Shown: positions 50,410 through 62,279, counted from the first letter of the whole stretch. The stretch is 62,279 bases of DNA, filler included, from Basidiobolus ranarum (GCA_040143965.1; 28 parts of 28 records of this genome joined end to end with filler, not necessarily neighbours in it); one strand, 5' to 3'. Made by a program: numbers and translations. Notes: a model not told the origin generated them from the letters alone.

Positions 50410-51187
50410 TTAGGAGCGATTAAGAGCAGCAGATGCTTCAGCTTGCTTGACCAAGTTCTCAGGAGCATCCAACCAGTCCATCATCAACTCCACAAGATTG
50501 ATCTTGTCACTGTGAGACTCGATCTTCTTCAAGACTTGTTCGAATTCACCAGCAGTATTGGCACGACCTTGGAAACCAATCTTGTCTTGTCCAGCAACAC
50601 CACCGAAGTAGTCAAGAGTCTTGCTGAAGTCCCAGTTGTCAATGTCGTTGTAGGTACGCTTGACTCCATGGATCAAACGTTCAATGGTGTATCCGTTGTT
50701 GTTCAACAAGAAGATGACTGGACGGAGACCAAGACGAATCATGACAGACACTTCTTGGCAAGTAAGTTGGAAACTACCATCACCAACGAACAAGATCACA
50801 CGACGAGATCCACCACCAACAGCAGCTCCGAGAGTAGCTCCAACAGTGTAACCAATGGAACCCCAGAGAATTTGAGAGATGAAGGTAGCTCCTTCAGGCA
50901 AGTGAGAGTTCAAAGCACCGAAGACTGAAGTACCAGTCTCAGCGACAACAATATCGTCAGCCTTGAAGAACTTGCTCATTCTAGGCCAGAACCAAGCTTG
51001 AGGAACCATCTCCTTCATATCAATTTGAGGAAGCTCCTTAACGGGAACAGCGGGGCACTTGAACTCACGCTTAGGAATGGCAGCAGCAAGCTTAGGCAAC
51101 AAGTACTTCATACCAACAGCCTTGTAGGTACCGAAGAAGACATCAGTGTAGTCAGAGTGAATCTCAACAGTCTTCTCAGTATCCATA
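50410..51187 (-). CDS. PDC: Pyruvate decarboxylase, C-terminal part
   Basis: AETGTSVFG, SQILWGSIGYTVGA, TPP motif GDGSFQLT...NNNGYTIERLIHG; strong codon bias. Confidence 0.95.
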
Positions 51188-51287
51188 NNNNNNNNNNNNN
51201 NNNNNNNNNNNNNNNNNNNNNNNNNNNNNNNTTAATTAATTAANNNNNNNNNNNNNNNNNNNNNNNNNNNNNNNNNNNNNNNNNNNN

Positions 51288-52865
51288 AAGGAGGAAGATT
51301 TAAGCTAAACAAAATTAGTGGCCAGCAAGCCTTTGCAGTGGTATATTTGTTTAGTGAGGAACCATTCATTGCCAATGCATATGCATTATTATTCATGTTC
51401 TCAAAGAAACCTTGACTTTTCAGATTCTGGGAGTGATATCCATCAAGTATATTGGTAATACCATCAGCTCTATGGTGGGTACTTTGGTAATGGATTAATG
51501 ATCTATATTTGGCTCATTTCATTAAAACTTTCAAACAAGAATTCAATGTTATGAAAGCCAAATATGAATGATACTTACCTGATTTAGTGATTGCCAATTG
51601 GGTGCTAACAGTACATGACTGCAGGTTTTTCAGATCACCAGTAAAAGCCAAACAACTATTTGGATATGAAGGTAGTTTCATTACTGAAGGATTATAAGTT
51701 ATACAATTGACAAGTGTTTTCCACTTGTACCAGGTCTGTGTCAAGCAACATTTTCCAATCAATTGTGGTAAAAGTGTAAGAAAGTCAATAAACACCTGGT
51801 TGCTATGATTGGATTGAACTCTCCACTCCTCAATAATCAAAGCTGCCTCCCTTACTGTAAGTGTTATGAGTGGACTAATGCTTGCCAATAACAAAGAGTC
51901 TGCAACAAAACCTTTGTCTTCTTCTTCAACTTCTGATATACTACCATCAGTACTATAATAACCAAGGTTAACATCTAGCATTATGTCCTCAAGGTTGTCT
52001 GGACTTACTGGTTTGATAAAAGTTGCATCTCTACCTACATCATTCTGGTCATAAAATTGTGGTAACTCCCCTGTAACTTGACTTTTTGCATTGTTACCAA
52101 AACTTTAAGTCAAAGCACAGCCAGTGTACTCAGTGGGCAAAACTAAAGTTGAAGTTGTGCACTTATTACTGTTGATATTCACTTGGGTTTGTGCAGCTGG
52201 TGGCTTTGTATAGTGACCATGCTTGTGATTAGTTTTTTTATGAAGCATCCAACATTCATAGCACCAGAATTGGTGATGATGATAGTATAAAAAAAATATT
52301 TTAAAAAGTTTTAGTCCGAGACAAAGTTTTGGATTAAAAAAAAGTTTAGTTCAGAAAAGTTTTAGTCCGCTACATAAAGGAAGTATTTGAGGTATTGCCC
52401 ATCAATATCATCAGCTGATTCTGAGATGGTGTCATAGATGAGTCATCTAGGGATTTACAAGATATTTCCTGTAATGGATGGCAATTTTGATTCATTATAA
52501 GCTGTTTCTAAGTAATTTCACTACACCTAGTTTATCATGTGAAAGTTTCAATTCAATTCAAAAAGCATTCAAAATCAAAATTGGTTTCTAAGCAACAGCC
52601 TGCTGGGACAAAAGGAAAAAAGCAGCAACAACAGAGTACTTCAATGTTGAGCAGTCTAGTGATCCACTATCCAACTCTGGAAGGCATTAACCTGCTGGAA
52701 ACTAACTCAAGTCATGATGAAGCATTGATCAGTATACCAGATGTGTTCCTTTCTACTGATAGTGCAAGTGAAGAGATTGTAATCCCCAAAATATGTAGTA
52801 AATCAATAGTTGAGCAAAGTTTAAGAGACACACCATCAAGATCATTTACTTCTCAAATGGCTACT
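51288..52865 (-). mobile_element. CACTA-like transposase 5' half plus divergent upstream ORF remnant (52539-52868 +)
   Basis: Collinear with the reverse complement of 31740-32793. Confidence 0.8.
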
Positions 52866-53507
52866 TAGCCAACTATTGAGCAACTCTTTGTAGATAATAT
52901 GGATGGAACTATTATAAGGGAATTGCAGGCTGACACCACAATAACTTGTATGTGAGCATTAGTGAAAATTACAAAGTCCTATGCAGGCCATGACAAGCAA
53001 TAATGCCACAATATTGCAATTAATGCAGCATTTGGAGGCAGCTTGTCAGCAGGTAGAGAGTCACTCAACAATGATACAAGACCTTGAGAATGCTGTACTT
53101 GAGCTACAGCTACATGCTGCACCCTCCATCTATTCTCATATGGGATTTCAAGCAATCCCACACCATTCATATGAACATTACCATGCCAATCTAGCAGAGC
53201 AGAATATGAATTGGACCATCAAGCCTACACAACAACCCAAAATTGCTTAGGCACATGAAGTTAGCACTCTCATAGGAAAACCAACAAACCAAAAGACTCT
53301 GAATGTCAGAGCTGCCATCACTTGCTCTGATGATGAGTGGTTTAAAATTTTGGAAACTGTGTGGAATCTTGCCCATAACCACTTCAATTAAAGCCAATGG
53401 TGAATATNNNNNNNNNNNNNNNNNNNNNNNNNNNNNNNNNNNNNNNNNNNNTTAATTAATTAANNNNNNNNNNNNNNNNNNNNNNNNNNNNNNNNNNNNN
53501 NNNNNNN

Positions 53508-55626
53508 CATAGTAAACTATAAATAGGACATATTCAATTCAATAAAACTTAAGTGTCTAATTCACAAATCCAAATCTTGTCCAAAACACTTCCAAATCCC
53601 CTAAACACTTTTATCAATACTGCAGCTTTGTCATCCTTTTGATGATCAGGTTTGCAGAAGCATCCAAATGCTCTTTAGCTGCTACAACAACTTCCTATTC
53701 TTCCTCAAAACCAATGGTGTGCTGATCCTGAACATTGCACCATTTTTCATCTAAGATCACATCCTTGCTGTTGAGCATAGTCCTGGCTTGAATATTGTAC
53801 AGATGATATATCTGCATTCCAGGGAAGTATCCATAGGTAGGCTTTCTCTTGTCTGAGAGCCCAGCTTCTTTTCTCCTTTGGTATGTGTTCATAAGCTCTA
53901 CAGAAACTCAATAGATATGTGTTCCCCGTTGTGGTCTTTTCTTGGATCCTCAATAATCTTACCGGTTTCATTCTCACTGCAGCTTTAAGTTCCAAGTACA
54001 CTTTTAGACTTTGACTGTTGTGCCCTAAGTACACAAATGGAATATTGGCAAGCCATTGGTAAATTCATTGAAGTGTCTTTTACCTGCCAATGAGATGGTA
54101 TTTACAGTCACTATATATCACATTGACAAGTCCAAACAATTCCTTAGCTTTGGTAGCTCTATCTTTGCAAAATAAATATCCAATGTTGTTTCTCATGTAA
54201 GCATCCTACACAAATGCTTTAGCAGTGGAATTTACTAGTTCATCTCTTAAGACCATTGTACTCTCTTGGATCTTGGCTCTGCCAGCCCTGGTGACCTAAA
54301 CATTATTGTGACAACAATAACTTGTTGAGATTATCTTCAGCTATGCTTATATATTTAGAGTTTCTAACTCTAGCATGCAGATAAGAGGGATCTTACTTCC
54401 ATATTTCTTGAGCAATATCTGTGTTGCACTTGTCATTCTACATAATATGGTAATTGCAATCAAAAACTACAGTTGACCTCCTGTAAGTGTACCTGTACTC
54501 ATGGAAAACTGTTTCTTAGCAATTGCAGGAACTTGAAAAGTATTGGCTCATATTCCATGCAACACACTCATCAATTTTTATAGCCCAACAAAATTGAATC
54601 CCACAACATCATCTGTATGTGTAGCACCCTTGTGGACTTTCCTGCCTAGTATATACTAGTAACCACTAAGCTAGTCCCTCTGGTGAGTGATATTTACAGA
54701 TGCCCCAGAGTCAACTGACTACTGTTGAAATTAGGTAAATAGCAACTCATTATGTAGTAATTGGTCTATTTGCATTCTGATTATTTAGCATTCAATTCTG
54801 CCATTTAACTTCATGTGTTTATCGCTCTCATTGATAGCAATATCAATTAGATCACTTTTGCCAATTTTCACCATTTTCTCAATATTTCTCTATATCACTT
54901 CAAGTTTAAACCCATGCTTAACAGGCATGTTAGTTATGATCTATGCATATCCAATAGTTCTATTTTATAATATACTGTGAATAGGACATATTCAGCTAAA
55001 TAAAACTTAAGTGTCTAATTCACATATCTAAACCTTGTCCAAAACACTTCCAAATCCCCAAACACTTTTATCAGGTTATGCCACCCAAACTACCTGTTAA
55101 AGGAATGTCTAACAGTACTATTACTAACATTTTTGCATCCACAGAGATGTTTGATGGTGAAGAATTTCACCTTTGGAGGTTCAAGCTGCAAATGGTGCTT
55201 GAAGACATGTACCTTTGGGGATCTGTTACAGGATAAGTATCAGAGCCAAAGCTACCACCAAAAGCAATACTGGCCTCTAACAAGAGGCAGTGGAGAGTGT
55301 TGAAATTAGGTAAATAGCAACTCATTATTTAGTAGTTAGTTTATTCATATTCTGATTATTTAGCACTCAATTCTGTTATTCACAAACGTGTGTTTATTGC
55401 TCTAATTGATAGAAATATCAATTAGATCACTTTTACCAATTTTCACTACTTTCTCAAAACTTCTCCAAATCGCCTCAAATTTTCACCCATGCTTAACAGG
55501 CATGTTTGTTATGATCTAAGCACGTCCAATAGTTCTATTTCATAGTAAACTATAAATAGGACATATGCAATTCAATAAAACTCAAGTGTCTAATTCACAA
55601 ATCCAAATCTTGTCCAAAACACTTCC
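53508..55626. mobile_element. Nested copia cluster: LTR-D end (53508-53616), decayed copia pol (-), LTR-D 54723-55073 with PBS and gag stub, second LTR-D from 55298
   Basis: Homology to 32794-33395; CRAYEHIPKEKR integrase C-terminal motif. Confidence 0.8.
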
Positions 55627-55844
55627 NNNNNNNNNNNNNNNNNNNNNNNNNNNNNNNNNNNNNNNNNNNNTTAATTAATTAANNNNNNNNNNNNNNNNNN
55701 NNNNNNNNNNNNNNNNNNNNNNNNNNAAAATTCATATATTTTCTGCAAAAAATGCGTAACATATATGGAACATAAATAAAATGGTGTACCTCATAATTGC
55801 AACTAGGTTTAGCCCCAACCTTGCCCACCAAAAATAATTTTTTC

Positions 55845-56470
55845 TAAAAAAGTTTTCCCGAAAAGGTTTGGAGAAAGTTAGATGCACGCCCTAACTTAGC
55901 AACTATGCCATGATCCAAAGTTTGCAACCTGAAATAAATATTTTAAAAAAAGTTTTCCCGAAAGGTTCGGAGAGAGTTAGATGTACGCCCTAACTTAATA
56001 ACTATGTTATAATCCAAAGTTTGCAACATGAAATAAAAAAGTTTCTAAAAGTTTTCTCGTCAAACCATTTTTGTATTTAAGATTAAAAAGTTTTCCCGAA
56101 TGGATTGGAGAGAATTAGATGTACGCCCTAACTTCATAATTATATTGCAACTTAAAGTTTGCGATCTGAAATAAATATTTTTAAAAAAAGTTTTCCCGAA
56201 GAGTTCGAAGAAAGTTAGATGTACGCCCTAACTTAAAAACTATATTGCAACTTGAAGTTTGCGATCTGAAATAAAAAAATTTAGAAAAGTTTTCCCGAAA
56301 GGTTCGAAGAAAATTAGATGTACGCCCCAGTTTAAATATAGTTATTTAAATTGCGGTTTGCCAGATTAAAAAAATTTAGAAAAGTTTTCTCGAATGGTTT
56401 AACAAAATTAATACCCAGATTATAGTTTAACCAACTACGTCTAACCCAAAGTTTGCAACCTGAAATAATA
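55845..56470. repeat. Tandem array 1: about five 99-100-bp units plus degenerate copies
   Basis: AGTTTTCCCG at 55851, 55951, 56089, 56189 and 56288, each followed by TTAGATG(T/C)ACGCCC. Confidence 0.92.
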
Positions 56471-56569
56471 TTTTAAATTAAGTTTGGAAAAGTTCTCAAA
56501 CCAAGATCTGAATCAAGTTATGATTTTAATTTTAATTCGAGTTCTTATTCAAGTTTGAAATTAATTTTT

Positions 56570-57140
56570 GTACGAAATAATTTTAAAAATTTTAAATTAA
56601 GTTCGAATTAAGATCTAGATCAAGTTTGTTACGAAATAATTTTAAAAAATTTAAATTAAGTTCGAATCTAAGATCTAAATTAAAACTTTCCCGAAGATAT
56701 TTGAAAAATTTTAAATTAAGTTTTAATTAGGATCTAGATCAAGCTTGTCACGAAATAATTTTAAAAAATTTAAATTAAATTCGAATTAAGATCTAAATTA
56801 AAACTTTCCCGAAGATATTTTAAAAGTTTTAAATTAAGTTCGAATTAAGATCTAGATCAAGTTTGTTACGAAATAATTTTAAATTAAATTCGAATCTAAG
56901 ATCTAAATTAAAACTTTCCCGAAGATATTTTAAAAGTTTTAAATTAAGATCTAGATCAAGTTTGTTACGAAATAATTTGAAAAAATTTAAATTAAGTTCG
57001 AATTAAGATCTAAATTAAAACTTTCCCGAAGATAATTTGAAAAAATTTAAATTAAGTTCGAATTAAGATCTAAATTAAAACTTTCCCGAAGATAATTTGA
57101 AAAAATTTAAATTAAGTTCGAATTAAGATCTAACATCAAG
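56570..57140. repeat. Tandem array 2: about ten ~59-60-bp units of two alternating types
   Basis: AAATTAAGTTCGAATTAAGATCTA core followed by GATCAAGTTTGTTACGAA (A) or AATTAAAACTTTCCCGAA (B); 57001-57120 is two identical 60-mers. Confidence 0.92.
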
Positions 57141-57358
57141 TTCTAAACAAAAAAATAAATTTTCTCAAAGATTTAACCTCGAACTAAAAAGGTTTCTATG
57201 AAATAAAAATTAGAACAAATTTAATCTCAAACCCGAAAAGTTTCTTGGCCAACAAAAAAAATTTGTAACACAGAATGGAAATAATATACATGCCATAAAC
57301 AAAACACTTATATATCATTGACGTTTATATATACCAAAATTACTATATCATAGCGAAC

Positions 57359-57845
57359 ATGTCTTATAATACACGATCTGGACGATCCTCAAGTGGAAAA
57401 CTTGACGATATTAAGCAACTTCCAAGTAGTGCCAGCGAATTTTATCCAATACACAGACGCTCGCTTAATCTAAAGTATGTTAATGCCGATAATGCAAACA
57501 TACTTTTTAATGTAGTTTCCCCAAGTATAAAACCAAGCAACTATTTGCTTATCAGCAACTTGACTAGAGATGAATTATCTCTTGCTGGGCACAGATCTGA
57601 TATATTAGATAAGTTAGCTGATGACGACGAAAAGACTCTCGCCCTTTATCTTTATAAAGTTATTCAGAACGACCCTTTGACTACAGGTATACGCGAAAGT
57701 TTAACCGATTCTTTCGTTAATTTCATCCTTACCGATCTGCGCTTTAATAGATACCCATTCCTTCTAAACCTGCAACCTGACTATAGTTTCGAAATTTTAG
57801 GAAAAAAAATCTCCGCCAAAGTCGAATTTAGCATCGAAAAAGGTG
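57359..57845 (+). CDS. Intronless protein, 3'-truncated; probable PD-(D/E)XK restriction-endonuclease-like family
   Basis: Clean ORF. ESLTDSFVNFIL...F..YP......Y.F....KKISAKVEFSIEK resembles the helix-strand-strand start of REase-like proteins in early-diverging fungi (recognised from memory, not searched). Confidence 0.55.
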
Positions 57846-57945
57846 NNNNNNNNNNNNNNNNNNNNNNNNNNNNNNNNNNNNNNNNNNNNTTAATTAATTA
57901 ANNNNNNNNNNNNNNNNNNNNNNNNNNNNNNNNNNNNNNNNNNNN

Positions 57946-60034
57946 ACTTGGAAATCAGTCGATTACTGACCCCTAGTCCAGTTCTATCTGAACCTAATCC
58001 GATTAAGGGTTCTTCAGGTCCAGATTCCGGAAATGTGTCTTACACTAATCGAGTCTATGGTCCCTCACAACTACAGGCCCCTTCCAATTTCAAACTCGAT
58101 AGTGAAAAACCTAGTGATACGAAAACTTACATGAATTTAGGAGCCCCTGCACAGCAATTAAATATCACAAGTAATAATACTACCAGTTATAATATCACAC
58201 CATTATCCAATTCACCACCAAGTAGTAGTGCCCATTTCGAATCAAAGAACTGGAACTATCTACAAAACTCAACTACTCAAAGTGAAAGTATCTCGGTCAG
58301 TACTAAACCGTCCAAGACAGAACAAATACGTCAATTTGGAACTTTCCTTCCTCTTAGTCCAGAAAAGAACCAACATTGTGAGTCAACTGAACCTGAAATG
58401 GCAAGAGCACAGCTTTTGAAACAAACTTCACCAGTTAATAATTTCCCTTCTCCCCTTGATAACTCTCGAAAATACACTGGAGGTACTCGAACTGCAGAGA
58501 GTTTGACTAATTTCATGAACTCTGACTTCACACCATCTCCCTCCACGCAAGGTACTCCTGTATATGAGGCATATTCAGAGGAAAAACCTTATCACACAAA
58601 CAGTTTCAATACTTCGGAGAATACCTCGACAACTAAATTTGGTACCCACGTGAACTCTTCGACCTTATTGAACACATGTCCCGAAAACGGCAACTCTATA
58701 TTCGAGGAGAGGTTATGTAGTGAATTTGATGAGGAGGAAGACGACAGACACTCCAGTGATAAGTTCGACACCTTGAAAAAGTTCCCAGTGACCGAATTCC
58801 TTCCTGAAGCCGAAATGTTCCACACACACAAGGAAGTCATAAATTATAGCGCTACGTCCAAAGCCGTTCTGTGGAGCAATGTACAAAAAGTTGTATCAGA
58901 GAAAACGGAATATCTGACCAAAGAGGACTCCACTTCCCCCAACTTGAAGACATTACAAAAGAAACAAACTGATCCAGAGAAAATCAAACTCCTTCAAGCT
59001 CTGCTTTTATTGAAAGAACAATTGACTAAAGCTCAGGTTGACCTTCTATACCAATGATCATAAGAAAAGCACCCTTTATTGAACTTTAATCCTTTCATCC
59101 TTAGGTAAAAGTGACTCAAAATTGTGACTATGCCGCTCAAAGAATCTCTGATGGAGAGAAACACCGTCAGGTGGCTCTTCAAGAGGCAGCTTATCTTAGA
59201 ATGAAAATCTCAGCCATGAATAGTTCTTCCACAGAAAGCCTTTGTAAAATTGAACAAGATCGAATCATCGAATTGGAAAAAAGACTTGCTAAAGCACTCG
59301 CTGAGAATCAATCTCTTCTATCTAGAATTGATCTTCAGGCGCAAGCGTCTGCTAAAGATCATGAGAATCGGTTGCTTGCTGAAGAAAGCTCTAAAACTAA
59401 CTTGAATAGAGCCATTGAGGCGGAGAATAGTTGTCGCGATGTGAAAGAAAAATCTATAGCTTTGGAAGATACGCTGAAAAAATCCCAACAAGCGGTCTGC
59501 GAAGCTAACAACCAAGTGTCCAAAGCTGAAGCAAATCTGCATGCTAAAGAGACTGAAGTCACAGTAATACTTGAACGTTTAGCCTCGTTGGAGGAAACCT
59601 CGGCTCAAGAAATGCAGGCCAGAGAATTAGCCTCCAATGTGGTCAATGCAGCTAACGAGCGAGCCAATGAGGCCGAAAGGATGTGGATGGACGCACAACA
59701 AGAAATCCAGGCACTTGAGAAAGAGTCCATAGAACTTCGCAAAACAATCGAGCAGAAATCTGAAGAATTGGCCAGAACACATTTCCAAGCAGGCGAAATG
59801 GAAACTCTATGGCTCACTACCAAGAAACAACTAGAGACACTGGACTCAATTTCACAAGTTTTCCATAACTCTAAGAATCATTCTGAAGGAGGAATTGAAG
59901 AGAAATTGACGCGTGCCAACTATCGTATAGCAGAGCTTGAGGCTGAATTAGTGCTGTACTCCCAAGAGAGGGGGTGGAGAATGATCTACTTCAATAGTTT
60001 TCGCGGAATACCAGCTATTTCCAAGTTCGATTAG
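57946..60034 (+). CDS. Ser/Thr/Pro-rich plus long coiled-coil protein, Tea1/Kel1-like C-terminal region (partial); intron 59037-59104
   Basis: GT...TAG intron joins the 369-aa and 307-aa ORFs in frame. LLQALLLLKEQL...AAQRISDGEKHRQVALQEAAYLRMKI...RIIELEKRLAKAL resembles fungal kelch cell-end markers; no kelch repeats are in this contig. Confidence 0.65.
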
Positions 60035-60163
60035 CTTTTCACTCCTTACCACAATTCATCGGNNNNNNNNNNNNNNNNNNNNNNNNNNNNNNNNNNNNNN
60101 NNNNNNTTAATTAATTAANNNNNNNNNNNNNNNNNNNNNNNNNNNNNNNNNNNNNNNNNNNNG

Positions 60164-60511
60164 TACGAACGTGGTGTGTCTCGCAGAAATGGTCAACAAA
60201 ATTATCCTCGCTCTCGTTATGGCCGTCAATACGAGCAAGATAAATAGGACCACGACTAAGACCGCGGTGTCTCTCGCAGAAATGATCAGCAAAACTATCC
60301 TCGTTCTCGTTATGGTCGTCAATACGAACAAGACGAGTATGATAATGAATATGAGCGTGGTATCTCTCGTAGAAATGGTCAACAGAACTATCCTCGCTCT
60401 CGTTACGGTCGTCAATATGAGCAAGATGAATATGACAACGAATATGAAAGAGGTGTCTCCCGCAGAAATGATCAACAGAGCCATTCTCGTTCTGGTCGTC
60501 AATACGACTAA
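60164..60511 (+). pseudogene. 3' end of a Tyr/Arg/Gln-rich 31-aa repeat protein with two in-frame stops
   Basis: 93-bp repeat encoding YERGVSRRNGQQNYPRSRYGRQYEQDEYDNE; variation is mostly synonymous in this frame; TAG at 60245, TAA at 60257, terminal TAA at 60509. Confidence 0.7.
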
Positions 60512-61810
60512 ATTATTGAGAATTCCAAGCTGTTCAGTATATTGGTTTCTGAATTGAATAATTATTAAAGTTTATTCTGTAAATGATCTTAAAACTTCAC
60601 ATTTATTTCCTGAAAGGGAGGATTCCTTAACTTAGCACATTGATGCTCGCCATGAAAATCCTTGAACAGAAACTATCATGATCATGGATGGGTTTAATTG
60701 TAAGACATAATATTGAATAGTTGAAGAAGCCCAGTTATTTTCATTAAAGTAACAATTATGCGAACAATCTTAGATCTGTTCTAGCAGGAGACATTAGCAG
60801 AGCAAATCCGAGTTAATATGGGTCCTGAGAGTAGCAGAAATTTGCTATTTTACAGTAGAGTGGTGGTTTGCTAGGCAGCAAGGTTTATTGTTAAACATTA
60901 TTATAACATTGCGCTTCTTATTGAAAATTAGTGTTGGGGGAATGAACAGGGCCCGCTGGTGTCAATTTTGTTTAGCTTAAGTCTTAAACTCCAAATAGTA
61001 ACGATTGAGACAACAATCTCTTGGTATATTGCGACAGATAGAATCACTTCCATACTAAGCTTGCCAACATATTAAAGTACTGAGAAGATAAATATAATGT
61101 TTATGGGTAAAGACAATAACTAGCAGGATACCAAGTAGTTTATATCAATCAATTATTTCGCAGAAAACTGAAATGATAGGAAATCAAAAATGAGATTTAG
61201 AATCAAGAGTTCATATACAACCTACTTGCCCTAATCAGGGACATTATCATCCACCTTTAAGAGATCTGGAGCTTAGACAAGTACAGGTGTAATAAAGAGA
61301 GAAGACCAGTGACAGAAAAAAATACTTATTGGAGTGTAGTTTGTCATCTAAAAAAGTGTGATACATATGAATACTGATTCAAATTGGGTGGAGCAGCATT
61401 TGATTATTTCTGAAGGACTAGTGTGGTAGCAATGTGATGGTAAATACAGAGCATTAGGTTACTATTGATACATAGCATCAAGTACATCATAATAAATGAA
61501 CCTTTCTTTTAGCATACATCCTAAAGAATATATTATCCTATTCTCATGTCTATCCATAGCCTGATCTACTGATTTGGATATGGGTCCGAATTTGTACTAC
61601 TAGTAACTCCTGCTTAAACAGGCCAGCAATTCAGCACTGTTTCTTTGATTTAGTAAAGTACGATGCTTCCTATCACTTCTCTCTTGGACAGAGGATTATG
61701 CAGACAAAAGAAATAATGGATTGCATAAGAAAATAATAGACACATGAAAAGATATTTAGTAAGAATAAAAAGACCGCTTGGCTTGATAAAGCAGAAAACG
61801 AATTAGTAAG

Positions 61811-62134
61811 TGCTGAAGTATTTTTCTGTTGGAAGTGGTTTGGATGACTGGTAGTATGGGTGCTTTTGACTTTCAGTTTATTGAGTGGGAAGTTGACTTT
61901 GATAGTTGGTCCAAAGGTAGCAAACAGACATATTGAATATGTTAAGGAAGGTTCTGGGAACATGGATGCCGAGTTTGAGGGCTCCATAACTAATTGGAAT
62001 ATCAATATACCTGAAAACTTATAAATTCCTCTTGAGAATGGCAAGTAATATCTCAGTGAAATACCAAATACAAAATTACCAATTAATAAGCTAAATATGT
62101 CTATATAGATGTTTATGCTATATAAATTTCAACA
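61811..62134 (-). mobile_element. Old solo LTR-A with 5-bp TSD GTAAG
   Basis: GTAAG at 61806-61810 and 62135-62139. Confidence 0.8.
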
Positions 62135-62279
62135 GTAAGTGCAATCCCAAGCATAAAACATTGATGAGTGTTGTGTCCAAGAGAAAAGTGGATAAAAAGT
62201 CTTGAACTTTACTGAACCAAAGAAACAGTTAAGTGCAGAATCTTAGAACTGTTTAAGCAGGATATATCAGCAGAGCAGG

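Noticed and set aside
50443-51243. Plus-strand ORFs overlapping PDC (likewise antisense ORFs at 58331-59823 and 46854-47159)
   Set aside because: Antisense shadows of codon-biased genes.
55845-57140. CRISPR-like array next to a nuclease-like ORF
   Set aside because: Segments between the conserved cores are homologous to each other rather than unique spacers, and no cas genes are present.
2140-60162. Regularly spaced TTAATTAATTAA palindromes and ORFs ending in X...LIN
   Set aside because: Artificial scaffolding linkers. Adjacency across them carries no biological meaning, so no cross-contig gene cluster is claimed.
60245-60259. Stop-to-Tyr genetic code reassignment
   Set aside because: H2A, PDC and other genes in the window end at TAG/TAA normally; point mutation or sequence error is simpler.
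60107-60557. Hydrophobic repeat ORFs 60107-60502(-) and 60171-60557(+)
   Set aside because: Shadow frames of the 93-bp repeat; the synonymous pattern supports the frame starting at 60164.

Overview
This is not a contiguous locus. It is 28 unlinked, length-sorted contigs of about 2.12-2.14 kb joined by 100-nt N44-TTAATTAATTAA-N44 linkers, so only within-contig linkage is meaningful. The source is a repeat-rich eukaryote, most likely an early-diverging (non-Dikarya) fungus. That call is an inference from fungal H2A, pyruvate decarboxylase and a Tea1/Kel1-like coiled coil co-occurring with NELF-B and a probable AT-AC intron. Most of the sequence is decayed, CpG-depleted transposons: a CACTA/EnSpm-type (Transposase_21/DUF4218) DNA transposon with CCCTAACA termini, two Ty1/copia families with a tRNA-iMet anticodon-arm primer site, and a Ty3/gypsy chromovirus that may self-prime. 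Host genes are H2A head-to-head with NELF-B, PDC (3' part), a secreted Kre9/Knh1-like protein, a bacterial-type alpha/beta hydrolase, a Gly/Ser-rich Cys-domain protein and a coiled-coil polarity-type protein. Most notable observations: (1) a CpG-retaining contig with two palindrome-rich tandem arrays directly upstream of an intronless nuclease-like ORF (55845-57845); (2) a tRNA-carrying TRIM-like unit wedged between a copia LTR and its PBS-gag (26952-27645); (3) a probable minor-spliceosome AT-AC intron in NELF-B; (4) a Tyr/Arg-rich 31-aa repeat protein with RR sites that the ORF track missed; (5) an LTR-derived higher-order tandem array.
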